Source of the DNA: Chrysomallon squamiferum
Lineage: Eukaryota; Animalia; Mollusca
Length of the DNA: 64,000 nt
Reading direction: 5' to 3'
Assembly (NCBI GenBank): GCA_012295275.1
Contig: CM022670.1
Location: forward strand, 19,778,001-19,842,000
The notes below the pieces were generated by a model. The model did not search any database and was not told the DNA's origin. It worked only from the letters and a program-made list of their open reading frames with translations. Of this stretch, positions 24,848 through 39,100 are shown in pieces. Position 1 is the first letter of the stretch; each line of letters starts with the position of its first letter. The translations under genes were made by a program, and so were the position numbers.

Positions 24848-27399
24848 CTATAAATAAATTCTCCTAAGATCTGAAGGTGAAGTTATTGTATTGCATTGAG
24901 GACACAGCTTCTTTGCTCCCTGAAAGATACAAAATTTATAAATAAATAATTTTATAAATTAGTAAAAATTTTAAGCTGAAAAATTAAAAATAATAAAACA
25001 TATTTTAATATGCACTAATGTAAAATGGGAAACATTTAATTAAACTAGGTTTTGTCTTAAATCAGAAAGAGGTTACTGATTTTTTTTTTAAACCTTGTTC
25101 ATAATTTTGAACTGAGAATTAAGAAAATATCTATAAATTATTATACAACTTTCCAGAAAGTGGAATAAGCAGCTTTTAATACCTATTATGTAATCCTGGT
25201 TGGAACAAAATACTCTGTAAAGTGGACAGAATCCTACAACATACTGTATGCAGTCTAACAATATATTAACTAAACCATAACATTATTAACTTTAACCAAT
25301 AAACAAAGTTCATACCAATGTTCTTAGCCAGCACTCTTCACAATGCACATGCCAGCATCGTATTGAGGTCAGCGCATTCTTATAAGCTTCCTGAAATATA
25401 AAATACAAATAGAACACTGCTGCTACTACTGCCCCTACTACTTACTAGTACCACTACTGTTCTGCTGCTGCTGCAGCTATTACTACTATTACCACTATTT
25501 CTATATGACCACCATTAGCTTTATTACTAATTCAAAAAGAAACAGACAGTGGTAATTCTGGAATTTTTAAACAATTATACAAAAAGGATTTACTGATCTT
25601 TGCAGGAATTCTAATTATCATTCTTTATACAGACAGAACTGGAAATATATCTTAAAAATTCATAATGAAGCGTTAATCCTAAACTGGGATAAACAATTTG
25701 TATATTTCACAGATAACACTGGGAAAAAGCAAAAAAAAAAAAATGTCTTGTATGTAAAGTAATGCATCTAAATGTTTTATTCATATACAAAAATCAGATT
25801 TAGATATAACCATCCTTGAATAGATATTATACAAATGTTTCTATACAGTTTACTAACTGGTATGAGTAAGAATTCATATCAGTCTGTCAGTTATAGAATC
25901 ATTAATAACATAACTTACCATGCAGATTAGACATTTCTGTTTCACATCTTTACCCTCTTCTTTTTCTCTGAGTCTGGCTTTAAGAGCTGAGATCACCTCT
26001 GAGGCAGATCCATGAGGAAGACTGGAAATACACATCATTTTACTTGTTTACTTACAACACAGCAAAATAGCAATTACTAACTATCACCCCTAGACAGAAT
26101 TAAAATCACTGAATTTTTTCAAAATGGAATTGAGTTTTAAAATGGAATTGTCAGATACTATTATTGTGTTTGTGTTTGTCTGTATGCATGCATATATGTA
26201 CATGTTTGTATGTATGTATGTGTGTGTATGTATGTTATGTATGTTTTACATACACATTACATATATATATATGCATATGCATGTGTTTGCATGAATATAT
26301 GTATACATGTATATGTATGTGTAAAGGTGAAAATATGTATGTGTTTGTGTGTGTCTGTAACGATTTAGTTGTGTTTTTTTGTCTCCCTCACTTTTTATAT
26401 AACTAAAAAAACAAGAAGAAAAATCCTCACTGATTGTTAAGTATAATTTATTTATTTATTTTTAAATGCTTCTGAACTTACCTGCTGGTTTCTAAAGAAT
26501 CACAATTATTTTCTGGTATTGGAACCTTATCTTCATAATGATGAGACCAATCACCTACAAAACATACACCAAATTAGTACAAGTAATAATAGCAATAAAT
26601 AATTATAGTAAAAGTAGAATTAACAGTACTAATAATAGCAAATACAACAGCAATAATAATGCAGTAGGTAGTCACTTACCAGAATAACAAAGAATTTTTT
26701 TTTATTTAAATAGACTAACTCAATATTTATTATATAATAGATTTATTATTGACAATATAATTATAGATAACCATTTCAGTCACAAAACACAATGGATTTT
26801 TTTGTATGTATTAATACATTTCACCAAAAAAGAAAAAGCATGAATCATTTGTGAAAAACACTTTAGCCTATCATTCCTCAGAGATTTTGTCTACCACTGA
26901 GCTGTAGACAAAGTAAATCCTGAATGTTCAGATATGCTGTTAAAAAAATAAACAAATTAGCAATGCAAACTTATATTAACTTACACAACAGAACAAATAT
27001 ATACAAGTCAAATTATTTTCACTACTCTAATTACATTATTCTCACCTTCAGATCCATTATTTCTTGATCTGAAATCAATAATAAACATATGTAATTACCT
27101 CATATACTAAAAACAATTATATTAAATAATCCATTTCTTAGGAAATACCCAATACCCATTTCTAAAGAAAGTTTAATATTTTTACATAAAATATAACTAG
27201 ATGAAAATAAACACCAAATTATTCCAAGATTTGGCTAAATATATTATTATTTAATGACACATAAAAACAAACAAAGAATCAAAAATAAAAATAAATAAAT
27301 AACAATAAAATATATTTAAAACAGTTGTTAAGCAATATTTGTTAAAAGGAATTATCTTTTTAAATAGTGCATTTCAAAATAATAATAATAATAATAATA

Positions 27400-27455
<56 letters not shown>

Positions 27456-30400
27456 GTTGGTTTGTTAATTGTTTTGTTTTTTGGGGAGGGTAGGAATTGT
27501 TTTGTGTTTTTTGTTTGTTGTTTTTTTGATAACCTAGTAATTAAAATTTGACAAAACATAGTTTCTTATTAAATACATCAATTCAACAGATGTATTTCCA
27601 AAGTCTGTCCAAAAAAAAAAAACTTTATTAAAATGTATCTCGTCATAGAGATATTATATATAATATTTTGAGGTTAAATATTTTATATATGCAGTTGTTG
27701 TTATCAACTCACCCTATCACTGCACCTCTCAAAGCCTGCCTCTCGCGGTCTTCTGATGGTTCATCACTAGTTACTGGAACAACATCAGCTTCAGTATATC
27801 TTAGATCTAGTTAAGACCTAACACTATTAATCATTCTTTTATTAAAATTACAGTTGTACAACAGAATAAAAATAAATACAAAATAAATTTAAACAACTGT
27901 CTATGAAATTACTGTGACTGTTTTATTAAAATTATAATAATGCCAAAGAACTAAAATAAAATTAAATTTAAATAAGAACATATAAAAATACTGAAAATGT
28001 TGGCAATGAAATATTAGTAAAGCCATAAAAAATGCATCATATTAAAAAAAATATACATATATATATTTTTGATATATTTATTATCATTGTTAATTTTTTT
28101 TTCCCAAAAGAGAGATTTTGTTTAATTTCTACATCATAATGAAAGAAATAATATTATGAAACAGAAGAAATCATCTAAATGAACTGAAAAATTAAAACAA
28201 CAGTATCAGAGGTGAAGATATTAATAAACACACTTTATCTCTAACTTGCACTTTTGTGGATATAAAATGATTTTAAAATTAATTTCAATTAATTCAAATA
28301 AGGATACTGAGGACCTCCATACATCTCTGTGTCATCTCCATCTACATTTAGATCATCTTCCTCATCTGTCATCTTCCTAACTGTCTGGAATCCTGATCCT
28401 TTAAAATAAGAACATTAACAGTTAAATGCAATTTTTGAAAAGACTTCCTTATAATTAAAATAGGTTTGTTCATCTTTTTTTTATTATTAGTAGTAGTAGT
28501 AGTAGTGGTAGTAGTGGTAATAGGAATAATATTTCATCTTTATCATGTAAAACAAATAATATCTTGAGAGACAAAATACAGAACAGTAGATCATTTTAAC
28601 ACTACAAAGATAATTTATCTATATAAGTAGGTTTTTATCATCCACCAAACCAATTTGAAATAATAGTTGGGAGAAAAATAAAGCCCAACACATTATTTTC
28701 CAACAAAAGAAACAAACAAAAATAATAACAAAAAAAGAAACAATAAATGATAAAATTAAACAAGCAATAAACTTTCAGTATTACCTGCAAAGCCCCCTTC
28801 TAACATCGTGGTGGCACGTATACGCGTCTGCCCTGCCCAGGTGTATTCTTCATACTGTTCACCATCCCCCTCCACATCTACCGGTTCATCTTCACATTCC
28901 CCTCGATGCTGTGTTTAAAAAAAAAAAAATAATAAACCGAAATTAATTAAGAATTATATATTATTGTACCAGATTAATTATCTGTAGATATTTTGGCAAA
29001 AAAAAAAATGAAGGTAAACTCAGTTTTAAATATATTTTTTTTATTAATATTGTCATTTGTCTAGCATGTTAAAAGTGATTTATAAGTGAATTAATTTAAA
29101 ATATAGGAACATTCTGAAATAAATATATAAAATTTTGATATTTACATTAATATTTAATTCATTAATTTAAAAAATAAATTATTTGTGTTTCCACTTTTAT
29201 TCTACCTTTGAATATAAACACAGTTTATAATGATTATCACAATTTCATATGAAATATCCTAAAATATTTCTATCTATTAATAAAAACATTTGTGTACAAT
29301 TTTTTAATATATAGATATATTTTCAAGGTAGTAAATTAAATAAAACCTGTGTAAACTGGGTTTTCTGTTTTTTTATATAGATATATTTATAAACTACTAT
29401 TTTCAGTACCATAATTAATATATTATAAACATTTTATAAAGATTTGTCTTCTCTTGTTACAAATTAAAATAAATAATACACATTATTTCTTTTGACAAAT
29501 CTTTTGTTTATATATTTATTTATTTATTATATTTTATTTTAAAGAAAAATTATCCAATTTACAATATTTGTTATAATTAATAACGTTTTTATTTACTATA
29601 CTGCTTTTTTAAATATTTTAATTAATAAAACCTTTCTCTGTAACATTTTCAAATTTACAGTGTGCTCTTATTAATAAAAATATTTTCAACAAATTCTTTT
29701 TTGCTGTAATATTTGGTTACTTCAGTATGTACATTTTATTTAATCAAAACTGTATCTACAATAAATGTTCAGATTTACTGTAATATAAAGTATTGTGTGC
29801 ACCTTTCTGAGACATTCTTCAACATGGTGGTTCAGTTCATCTGAAGACCCAGTCAGTCGGTCATTACAAACTGGACAAGAAGTCTCCTTGTATCCCTCCT
29901 CATTCGGTTTCTTTTTCTTATTTCTACATCTACCTGTCAATAAAACAATTTCTAATTATTTTAGGTGTTAATGTAAATGATTTTGATACTACCTTTGAAT
30001 AGAAAAATTTATAATGTGATTCATAACACTTTTATCAAAATAGCTCATCTGTTTTTCAACAAAGAAAACTAATAAAAAGCAAAAATGTAGGAAAAATTTA
30101 AAATAGAGAACATCAACTGTAATCATGAATTAATCTGTTTTTTGTCAAATGTATAAAAACAAGGAAAGGTATTAGCAATGCTAAAAGCTGTACTACATTT
30201 ATTCTCATTATGTTTTATGTTTATAATGACCAAAAAAAAAAAAAAAAAAGACTTGGCCATAAACAAAAGTAATAAACTAAAAAAAAAAAACATTTTATAA
30301 AATAAAATAAAAAACAAATAAATAAAGACAAGAAAAAAAAAAAGTGCTTTAAAAGAAAAAGAAAAAATGGTAATAAAAATCAAATAAAATATGTCTGATT

Positions 30401-33400
30401 TTAAATGCATTGTAATCACCTGTAACAGAGAAAAAAAGAAATGACAACAACAACAATAATAAGGTACAGTAAAATAAAAAGTTTTTTAAATGTAAAACAA
30501 GCAGGAACAGTACTTATATTTAAGCCATAAATCAGAACTGTGAAAACAATTGCAGTAGGTGTAAACGTAAGGCAAAGGTGCCTCTTATCTCCTATTTCAT
30601 TTCTGCATAAATTGTTGTCATATTATCTAGCATGGCCACATGTATTAATCGATAATCATAAGGTCTGTGATGATCATATGATTAACCTTGATTCACAATA
30701 AACTTATCACTTATCAATAGTATCATCTTCATTGAAAGTTATCTTTGTCATTCAGAATTTTAGGGTTTAAAAAAAAAAGTAAAAAGCAAAATGAAAAAAA
30801 AAACCACCCGCAAATTTCTTTTATGTTGTGTGAATGGATTGAGTTACAGTGAAAACAATGAAGAAGTACACTGGGTTATGCTATGTGGAAACAAATGATA
30901 CCAGGCAGAGATTCCCATGTCAAATAGAAAAATACTTACTGCTAAGACGAGCTTGACGATTACATCGGATTCTCATATAGGACTGAAAAGAAAAGAAAAA
31001 AACTTTATTTTTCTTAGTTGAAGATAAAATGGTTTAAAAAGAAATTAACAGAACACCTTATAAATCTCTTTTAATTAATAATAAATAAAATGTTTAAGTT
31101 TAAGAAAAAAAGAAAAGAAAAAAAACGGAAAGATAAGAGTAAAAATCTGAAAAATGACAATAACAGTTAAATGTTAATAACAGAAAATGCTAAAAAAAAA
31201 ACCACAAAAAAACGTAATAATTTTAATAATGATAATAAAAATTATGCATATATATTTAAAAGAATAAAAATATTCTAAGAAATATGAATAAGAAAAGAGC
31301 ATAGGCAATGACTAAAGAAGGCAGCATTAAATGTCAACATACATCAGTGAACAATATACACACATATATACTGTTACCAGCAATTTGTCACAATCTCCAG
31401 TTACCATTGTTCCCTGGCTTTACACATAACTATGGCTATGACTAGAGGTGGGGAGGTAGGAGGTGAAATGGGGTGGGGATGATATGCACTCCTGTGAACA
31501 TTTGATCCATGTCATAACCCAACACCACAAAAACAGCAATAAAATAAAGGATTATTTTACTGTTCCCATTTAAAACATGAGAGACTCACAGCAAAGGTGT
31601 ATAAGTTGTTCTTTTTAAATAAATAAATAAAGCAACAACAAAATATAAATAAATAAATAAAAATAAAATAAATAAAAATAAAATACACAAAGACAAACTG
31701 CATTACAATAAAATCTGAAAGCAATTACTTAGAAATCTCTTTTAAAAAACTGAAAAGAGATATAGAACAATGTTTTTATTGAGATTGACATTAAATATGA
31801 TTTGTACAACACTAGAGGTTGACTTTGGCAATGTTATAGGAACCAGATGCCAGTGCAGGTTTAGCATGATATTTTCAAAACCTTTTATTAATATCATTTA
31901 GTGTTTTTGATATTTATACAGTATTTTATAGACATAGTATCATTTATGTTAAATATTTATGACTCGGGTATTAATATGTTATTACCAAATTTATACTCAG
32001 TTTTAAAATCTGACATTTTGTTAACTGTTAAATATTTTTTGATTTCTGTATGATGTTAATAATTAAAATAAGACATTTTGATAACCATTAATATTATCAT
32101 ACTAGTTAAACTCCATATTTATAACTAAGGTTGTGTTAACGTTTTATTTTTATTATTTTTACTTGGATAAAGCACAATCATGTTACAGAAGTAAAATAAG
32201 ACATTTTTTTAACAATTAATATCACCGAGGTATGCTGGATTTTTATTTTTATAGGATTAATATTATTTGGTTAATTTTTTTTTATTTGTAAAATAGATGT
32301 TATTTTGATTATTTTTATTAGATTTAAGTATGACATTTAGAATGTACAGCTACAATTTGGTATTTATTAGAATCATTAATATTATTTATGTTTCAAATTT
32401 TTATAATAGGTGTTGTTTTGATTGGTTTAAGAATGATATTTACACTGCAAAGCTAAAATCTGATATTTTATTTCATTTGATTTAAATTTTGAATACATAC
32501 AACAGGTGTTGTTTTGATTGGTTTAAGCATGATATTTACATTGCAAAGCTGAAGTTCAATAAAACTGAAGTAGAAGAATTACTTGATGTTTAAATTTTAA
32601 ATGTTGTACTTTATATGAAAAATTAAAATATGGTATTTCGATAAAATCTTGATAAATATTATCTTTAGATAAAAATACAAATTTCAGTAACTATTAATAT
32701 CACTGCAGTCTGATAGTTATATATTAATTTTGGATAAAGTTATTCTGATAATCATGTGATTAAAACCAACTGATTTAAATATGTTGCCTATATTGGAAAG
32801 CTAAAACCTAATATTTTTTTTAATCACTTAGTTAATACCTTTGATTTGTTTGCAAACTGAGAATATAATGACCACTGAATTAATATAATTTACATTAGCT
32901 TTTGATTTACATCTGATACCACAAGTATTGATATTTCTGATAATCAACAACAATATTGTTAATTAAGTTCATTGATAATGGGTAAATTTACAGCATTTAT
33001 TTATTTATATTTATTGTTTTATGGTCAAAGTTTTTAATAAATTGAATAAGGAGAATAAAGGTACTAAAAGGAAACAAATTTCCCAGTATTTTTAAATTGT
33101 ATTATTTATATTTGTAACTATCCTTTTATTTTCTATCAGACTCAATTTGTTATTTAAAGTATATTTAACATGTGAAGAAAAAAAAAATAATAATAAATAA
33201 ATAAATGAAATAAAATAAAATAAAATAAATACATTAAAAAAGAAAGTATATATATATATATATATAAACTTAATACACAGCTTTATCCACATTTCATTAT
33301 TAAAATTGCATTTTTGAAAATTAATTAAAAGAGCCAAAGAATGTAATCTAGGTTTTAAAAAATCATTTAAAAGTAATATTTTTGAATTACTTAAAACATT

Positions 33401-36087
33401 GCAGCTGAATTTCTCAAAAATTATTTATCACTGTAGAAGAAAACTGAATTTGTGGACAAAGTTAAATTCAATATGGATAATCACATTCAACTTTTTGAAA
33501 AGATTGTTCTAAATATTTACCTCATATCTGGATTGTGAGGCTGCTTCTGGAGAGGGTGAATCTTTACCTTTTCTATTTGTAAAGCCAGGTGATGGCAAAT
33601 TCTAAGATAAGAGAAAAACAATGTATTACATTAAAAAATAAATTTTGTTAATAATAAAGATAAACAAAGAATAATATAACCCGTATTTAAATAATAATTA
33701 AAAAAAACAAAAACAATAAATAAATAAATAAATAATAACAATAATTTTAAAAATTAATAAAAAGCAGAATTAACACAGTCAAAAAAATTAGCTGAATTTA
33801 CTATTTAAAAAAACATCAAAAAACACAAAAGACACTATAATATAAAAATTAATTTAAAAAAAAGCTATTACATACATTAACAATGAAAATAATAAACAAA
33901 TCTATTTTTATTTTTATATTTTTTTTTTTTTTAAATTAAAAATATCAAGATTTAGTCAATTCATTTTAAGCATACGAATAATGCAAATTTTCTGTATGAC
34001 AGTTTGGAGGGAATTTACACTGTCATGATTTTTTATTCAAATTGTGAAACTCTATCTAGAGGTATACGGGTCTAGATGTCTTATACTAGCTGCTTTTATA
34101 AGCAACACAAATAAATCTAGATTAACTGATTTAGGCTTTCTATTAGAAGGTAGATTATTCCATCACTTTGTGAAAACTATACGTATGTGTAGGAAAACCA
34201 CACCTTAAAGAAATTATTAAAAAAAAGCACCTCACACACATAAACAACCACAACAATGGTGATGATACACATAATTTATGAGAGAAAAAGTTTGGACAAT
34301 TAATTTTAAAAAAGTAACACATACCGTAATAATAATATTAATACAACAATGGCATTAAAATAATAACAGCATCATCAATAACAACAGCAATAATAATAAC
34401 AGAAGCATACAAAAATCAGATGAAAAGTATCCCGAATATTTATTAAAAAAAAGAAGAAAGAATTTACTATCGCACCAAGACACACCACATTCAGTTGTAA
34501 TTTAGTCTTAAAAACACCCACAATAAACCCGCTTTTGTCAAAGAGAGCACATGGGGCAATGTGAGAACTATCAAGTTATCAGAGAGAGACACTGAATAAA
34601 TTTACTAATCAGCCCCTCCATTCAGTTCATGTCATTCAACAACATTTATGTCAATGTGAAAAAGAGTGGTGTGGTAACTGGATGTCCCAAGTTCTGACAA
34701 GTCAAATCTGAGATCTACAACTCAACCATTGTTCTGCTGCAGTTATGGAAGCTTATACAGTTACTGTTCACTAGGCAATTCAGACATGTGAATTAGGCAG
34801 AGATCAGGATGTGAATTAAGCAGAAATGGGGGACATATAAATTAAGTGATTATTGTATAGATTCAGATCATGAATTGTGTATATATAATTATGGTAAAAA
34901 AAAAATAATAATAATAAAGATTTAACCTATTAAAAAGATATGTGTATATAATATAATGGTTTATTTCTGATTGGATACTGTTACAATTTCTCTGTATTGT
35001 CCTCATTATTAAACTGCCTACCTTAATATATCTTTAAGGGTGGAGGACGAATTAAGTTTTCGTGACACCGACGCTGAGACAGACAGACAGACAGAGATAC
35101 TCTTTACATGGGTAATTATTTTCAGAAACAAAATTATAAATTTTATACGAATTATAAATGATTAAATGATAAAAATAATAGTTACTGTTGCTGGTTTTTT
35201 TTAAAACCATTTATGTAATGGTATTAATAATAACAGGAATGTAATAGTAATAATAATAATGAATGTACAAATTCTACACGAGTAATTAACAAGATATATA
35301 ATAATAAATATAATAACATTATTATTATTATTATTACTGCTGCTACTACCACTAATATCATTAGTATATCAATAACTGCAAATAAATAAATAAATAAATA
35401 AAATAAACTGTCAAACAGCAATGTAATTATTTCATGACTAGTATTATAAATTAAAAAAAATTAAAAAATACAAAGAATCAGAACTATCATTAATTATACA
35501 AAAAGCTAATTTAGCCATAAAAACAAATGACAAATATTCTTTTTCTTTTTGTTATTATTAGTGCATTTATGTCTTTTGCTGTCTTAATGTTTCCTGACCA
35601 TATACACAGTACTAAATAATTATTAACAGTCTGCTGTGTATTGTCAAACAAAACACTTCTTTCTTTTTCCATCATTTTTTTATTTATTAACATCACTTTT
35701 CATCACACTTATGGGTGTTTTCTATAAAGGTTGTGTGTGTGTGTGTTTGTGTGTGTGTAATGTAAATACAATAAAATCTTCCCACATTACAAATGCATCT
35801 ATACGACAGATTAATTTCAATAATTTGACACATTCTGCATATCATCATTAATATGCTCATACATGTGTAAATTACACTCATTTAAAACTGTGTGAACAAC
35901 AGGTAATGTACCCTGTAAACCGATCCACTATTGCTCGTTATAGTACCTCACCCTGTCACAAAAAAGCCCATTAATACTTTAAATATTAAATCATTACTTC
36001 ATCTGTAATTCTAATTTCCAGCAACTTTTCTGTCTATTGAATACCCTCATACTTATCTGTTGTTCAATATTAAATATCTTTTCCTTC

Positions 36088-36129
<42 letters not shown>

Positions 36130-39100
36130 ATATATGTCTGTGAAAAATTAATTTAATTCTCATTCATCTCAAAACAAATAGATGTTTTTTAATTTATTTT
36201 ATTTTACTTTATTTGATTTATTTTTTGCTGTTGAAAATAAAAAATTTAAAATGGTAATAGACACTCAAGATGTTGGTTTGAATCTAACATGTGATTATAT
36301 TTGCAGTAATTTTAACTTCTTCAGTGTCTTCTGTTTAGTAACTCAATAACTATTCATTTATCTTTACTTCATTAGTTAATCAATGTAGTTATTGTGTAAT
36401 AAGATTTATTATGTTATGTGGATACTTCAGTTACTTACTGCAAGCAATGTAATACAGCTTGATATTATATTAAACTGTTAACTATGTAAATGATATCGAA
36501 ACTAATTAATGAATTCAGAATCAGACGTGTCTTAAATCTGAGTGAATATGGTTCATTGTTTTGAGTTTGTTAACTACATTTTTTATAAATACAAATGTAC
36601 AGTTGGATTGACAGTTCCAAAATGAGAGATAACATACACAAATGCACATACATGTACATGCATACACGTAAACAAACACACACATACATACACACAGACA
36701 GTCATCTGAAATACAATCCATGACTTAGCTGTTAACATTATCAAAATTTAATTAATGAATTACCTTACGACTTTGTGGAGTTGTATCTCTTGATTTGCGG
36801 CCACCTCTGAAAAGAAGGAAGAAATTTTTGTTTTATATTTATAAAATGTTTAAAAGCGATAAATTAAAGCAAATTAGTTAATAATTGATAGAATAATTTC
36901 ATTCAGATGATCATATATGTAAAAAGAAAAAACAGAAAGGTTACTAGAAAATTCACAAAAGTTTTAAATTAAATATAAATAAATAAATAAATAAATATTT
37001 TAAGAAATAATATATATACAGTGGACTCTTGTCAAAACCAGATTCACTTGGGACCAATGAGCTATGCCATTTTTAAAGATTTAAGTAATATAAAATTGGA
37101 ACATGTTTTATTTTTCAAATGCTACAATTAAATATCTATCAACAGTCAGATGAGAAGTAGTCTGTCAGTGATGTATGCAGTTTTTTGTTGTTGTTTTTTT
37201 TCTCCAAAACAAACTTCTCCATAATAGTCCATGTATAATATCATTCCAAAAGTCTGATTTCATTAGAAGCAACAAAAGATATAATTTGTTTTATCATTTT
37301 AAGAAGGTTACTGTATGAAAGTTTGGGTGCATCGTCAGTCCATTCAGGTTTTTGAAGTTGCTGGTTAATACTCATATTCTCTCTGCCAATATCATGGTTT
37401 CGTACAATTGCCTGTAATGGTCACTTTATTTTAAATTGCATACCTAATCATTTTGTTTACACAGTGAATTTGATGAAAATTCTTTTATTAATTTCAGTTT
37501 AGACTGCATTGAAAGTTTAATATGATGCCATTTTTTTTTAGGTCATTCAGCCATTATGACACATTCCATAAAACAATACAGAACAGAAAAACTAAATGAC
37601 TGAATTCAGTTACAATTAATAATAATCTTTTTTATCTTTTTCTTTATGCAAAGTATTAAGCCTTCAAGAAGTGTGATTATTTCATCTCATACAGTAGTCT
37701 AATTACATACATATTGCTGTCATTGTTTAAGAAGTGATTGTACTTCCTAAATTGTGTGCCACTGTTGACAATGCTAATTACTATATAAATTGTTATTTTT
37801 TTCTGGAATTTACACCAGTAATCAAAAGTAGGCAGGATCCACATTAGACAAAGTTTTGTTACAACAGATTAATGATAGCTGGATGGAACTTTGAAATGGT
37901 ACAAGTTTAAACAGAAATCCAGATCAGTCAAAGGCTGGTAAATGTTTGCTTGTGTGTATGCGTGCATGTGTGTAAATTATTCTGCCAAATTTTTATAATT
38001 ATTTTAATATTAGAGATAATAAATATATTTTGCACTCTTACTGTCATGTACATAAATTTGTATTGTAACACATGTGACTGAGAAATATTTTAAAATTATG
38101 CATCTGACAATAAATATATTGAGTCCCTACTGTACCATTATTTTGAGGTGCCTTCCCCATACTCATGCCTTTTCCCCTACACTCACATAAAATGTAATAA
38201 AACACACTATAAAACAGAAACATTGCAGATTTTGTACAGATAATCAGAAAATACTTATAAGACCCAAGATGACTACAGCCAGTAATCTAACCACTGAACT
38301 AGAGCCAACTATGTATTATAATAAAGCAGCCAGAGAACTTAATTTTTTTATTTATTAAGTTAGTTAGTTAGTTGTCTATTTTTTAAAGACACATTATAGT
38401 GATATACACAACCCGTTTTATATACTTCTTAAAAAAATTCTGCTGGCTTCAGACAATTGTAACTTAACATTCAAGGTCTTTATCCGTGTACAGTAAAGTG
38501 TTATTATTTCACAACAAACTACCATACATACATACCTCCATTGTCTGTTTGAATATTAAGTAAATATCTGAATTTTATTTAAATGATTGTGTTTCTTGTT
38601 TAACATGTGTTCCATATGGATGCAGGTAATCATACATCTCTTATTTCACAGTAATCTGATTTAAACCACTCAAATTTTCTACATCGTTTGATCTGAACAG
38701 AGAAGTTGTGTAAATGTGTATTTAACTAATTCACTTTTAAACTTTCAATGTCTCATCATTTCTTGGTAAAAACCGAATCACCTGTTAAGCACACTGTGTG
38801 CATGTCTATGTTTGTATATATGATGGTATGTTTCTAAATGTATCAGTACACTTGCTTGTTTTATATATTCTGTTTTATTTCTAAAATATTTTCAGGTAAC
38901 AGAAATTATTCAACTGAAATAAAAAACATAATCTTGGTGTCCTAATTAACAGCTTCTTAAATTTTACACTGAAACTAATATTCAATGACACAATAATATT
39001 ATTTCAGCTAAAAAATGTTTTCTTTCTCATTAGTTTCTCAGTTAAAATTCCTTTTTGTTAATTGTGATGTATACTCTTCAGATGAAATCAAATAAGGATA

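Noticed and set aside
26895-26940. Possible extra ~42-nt RNF220 cassette exon
   Set aside because: The donor is weak (GTAGAC), it is not needed for frame, and there is no homology support.
30410-30445. Strong minus-strand acceptor TTCTTTTTTTCTCTGTTACAG|GTGATT as a recursive splice site or extra exon
   Set aside because: The host intron is only about 1 kb, the downstream sequence is low complexity, and no matching donor is evident.
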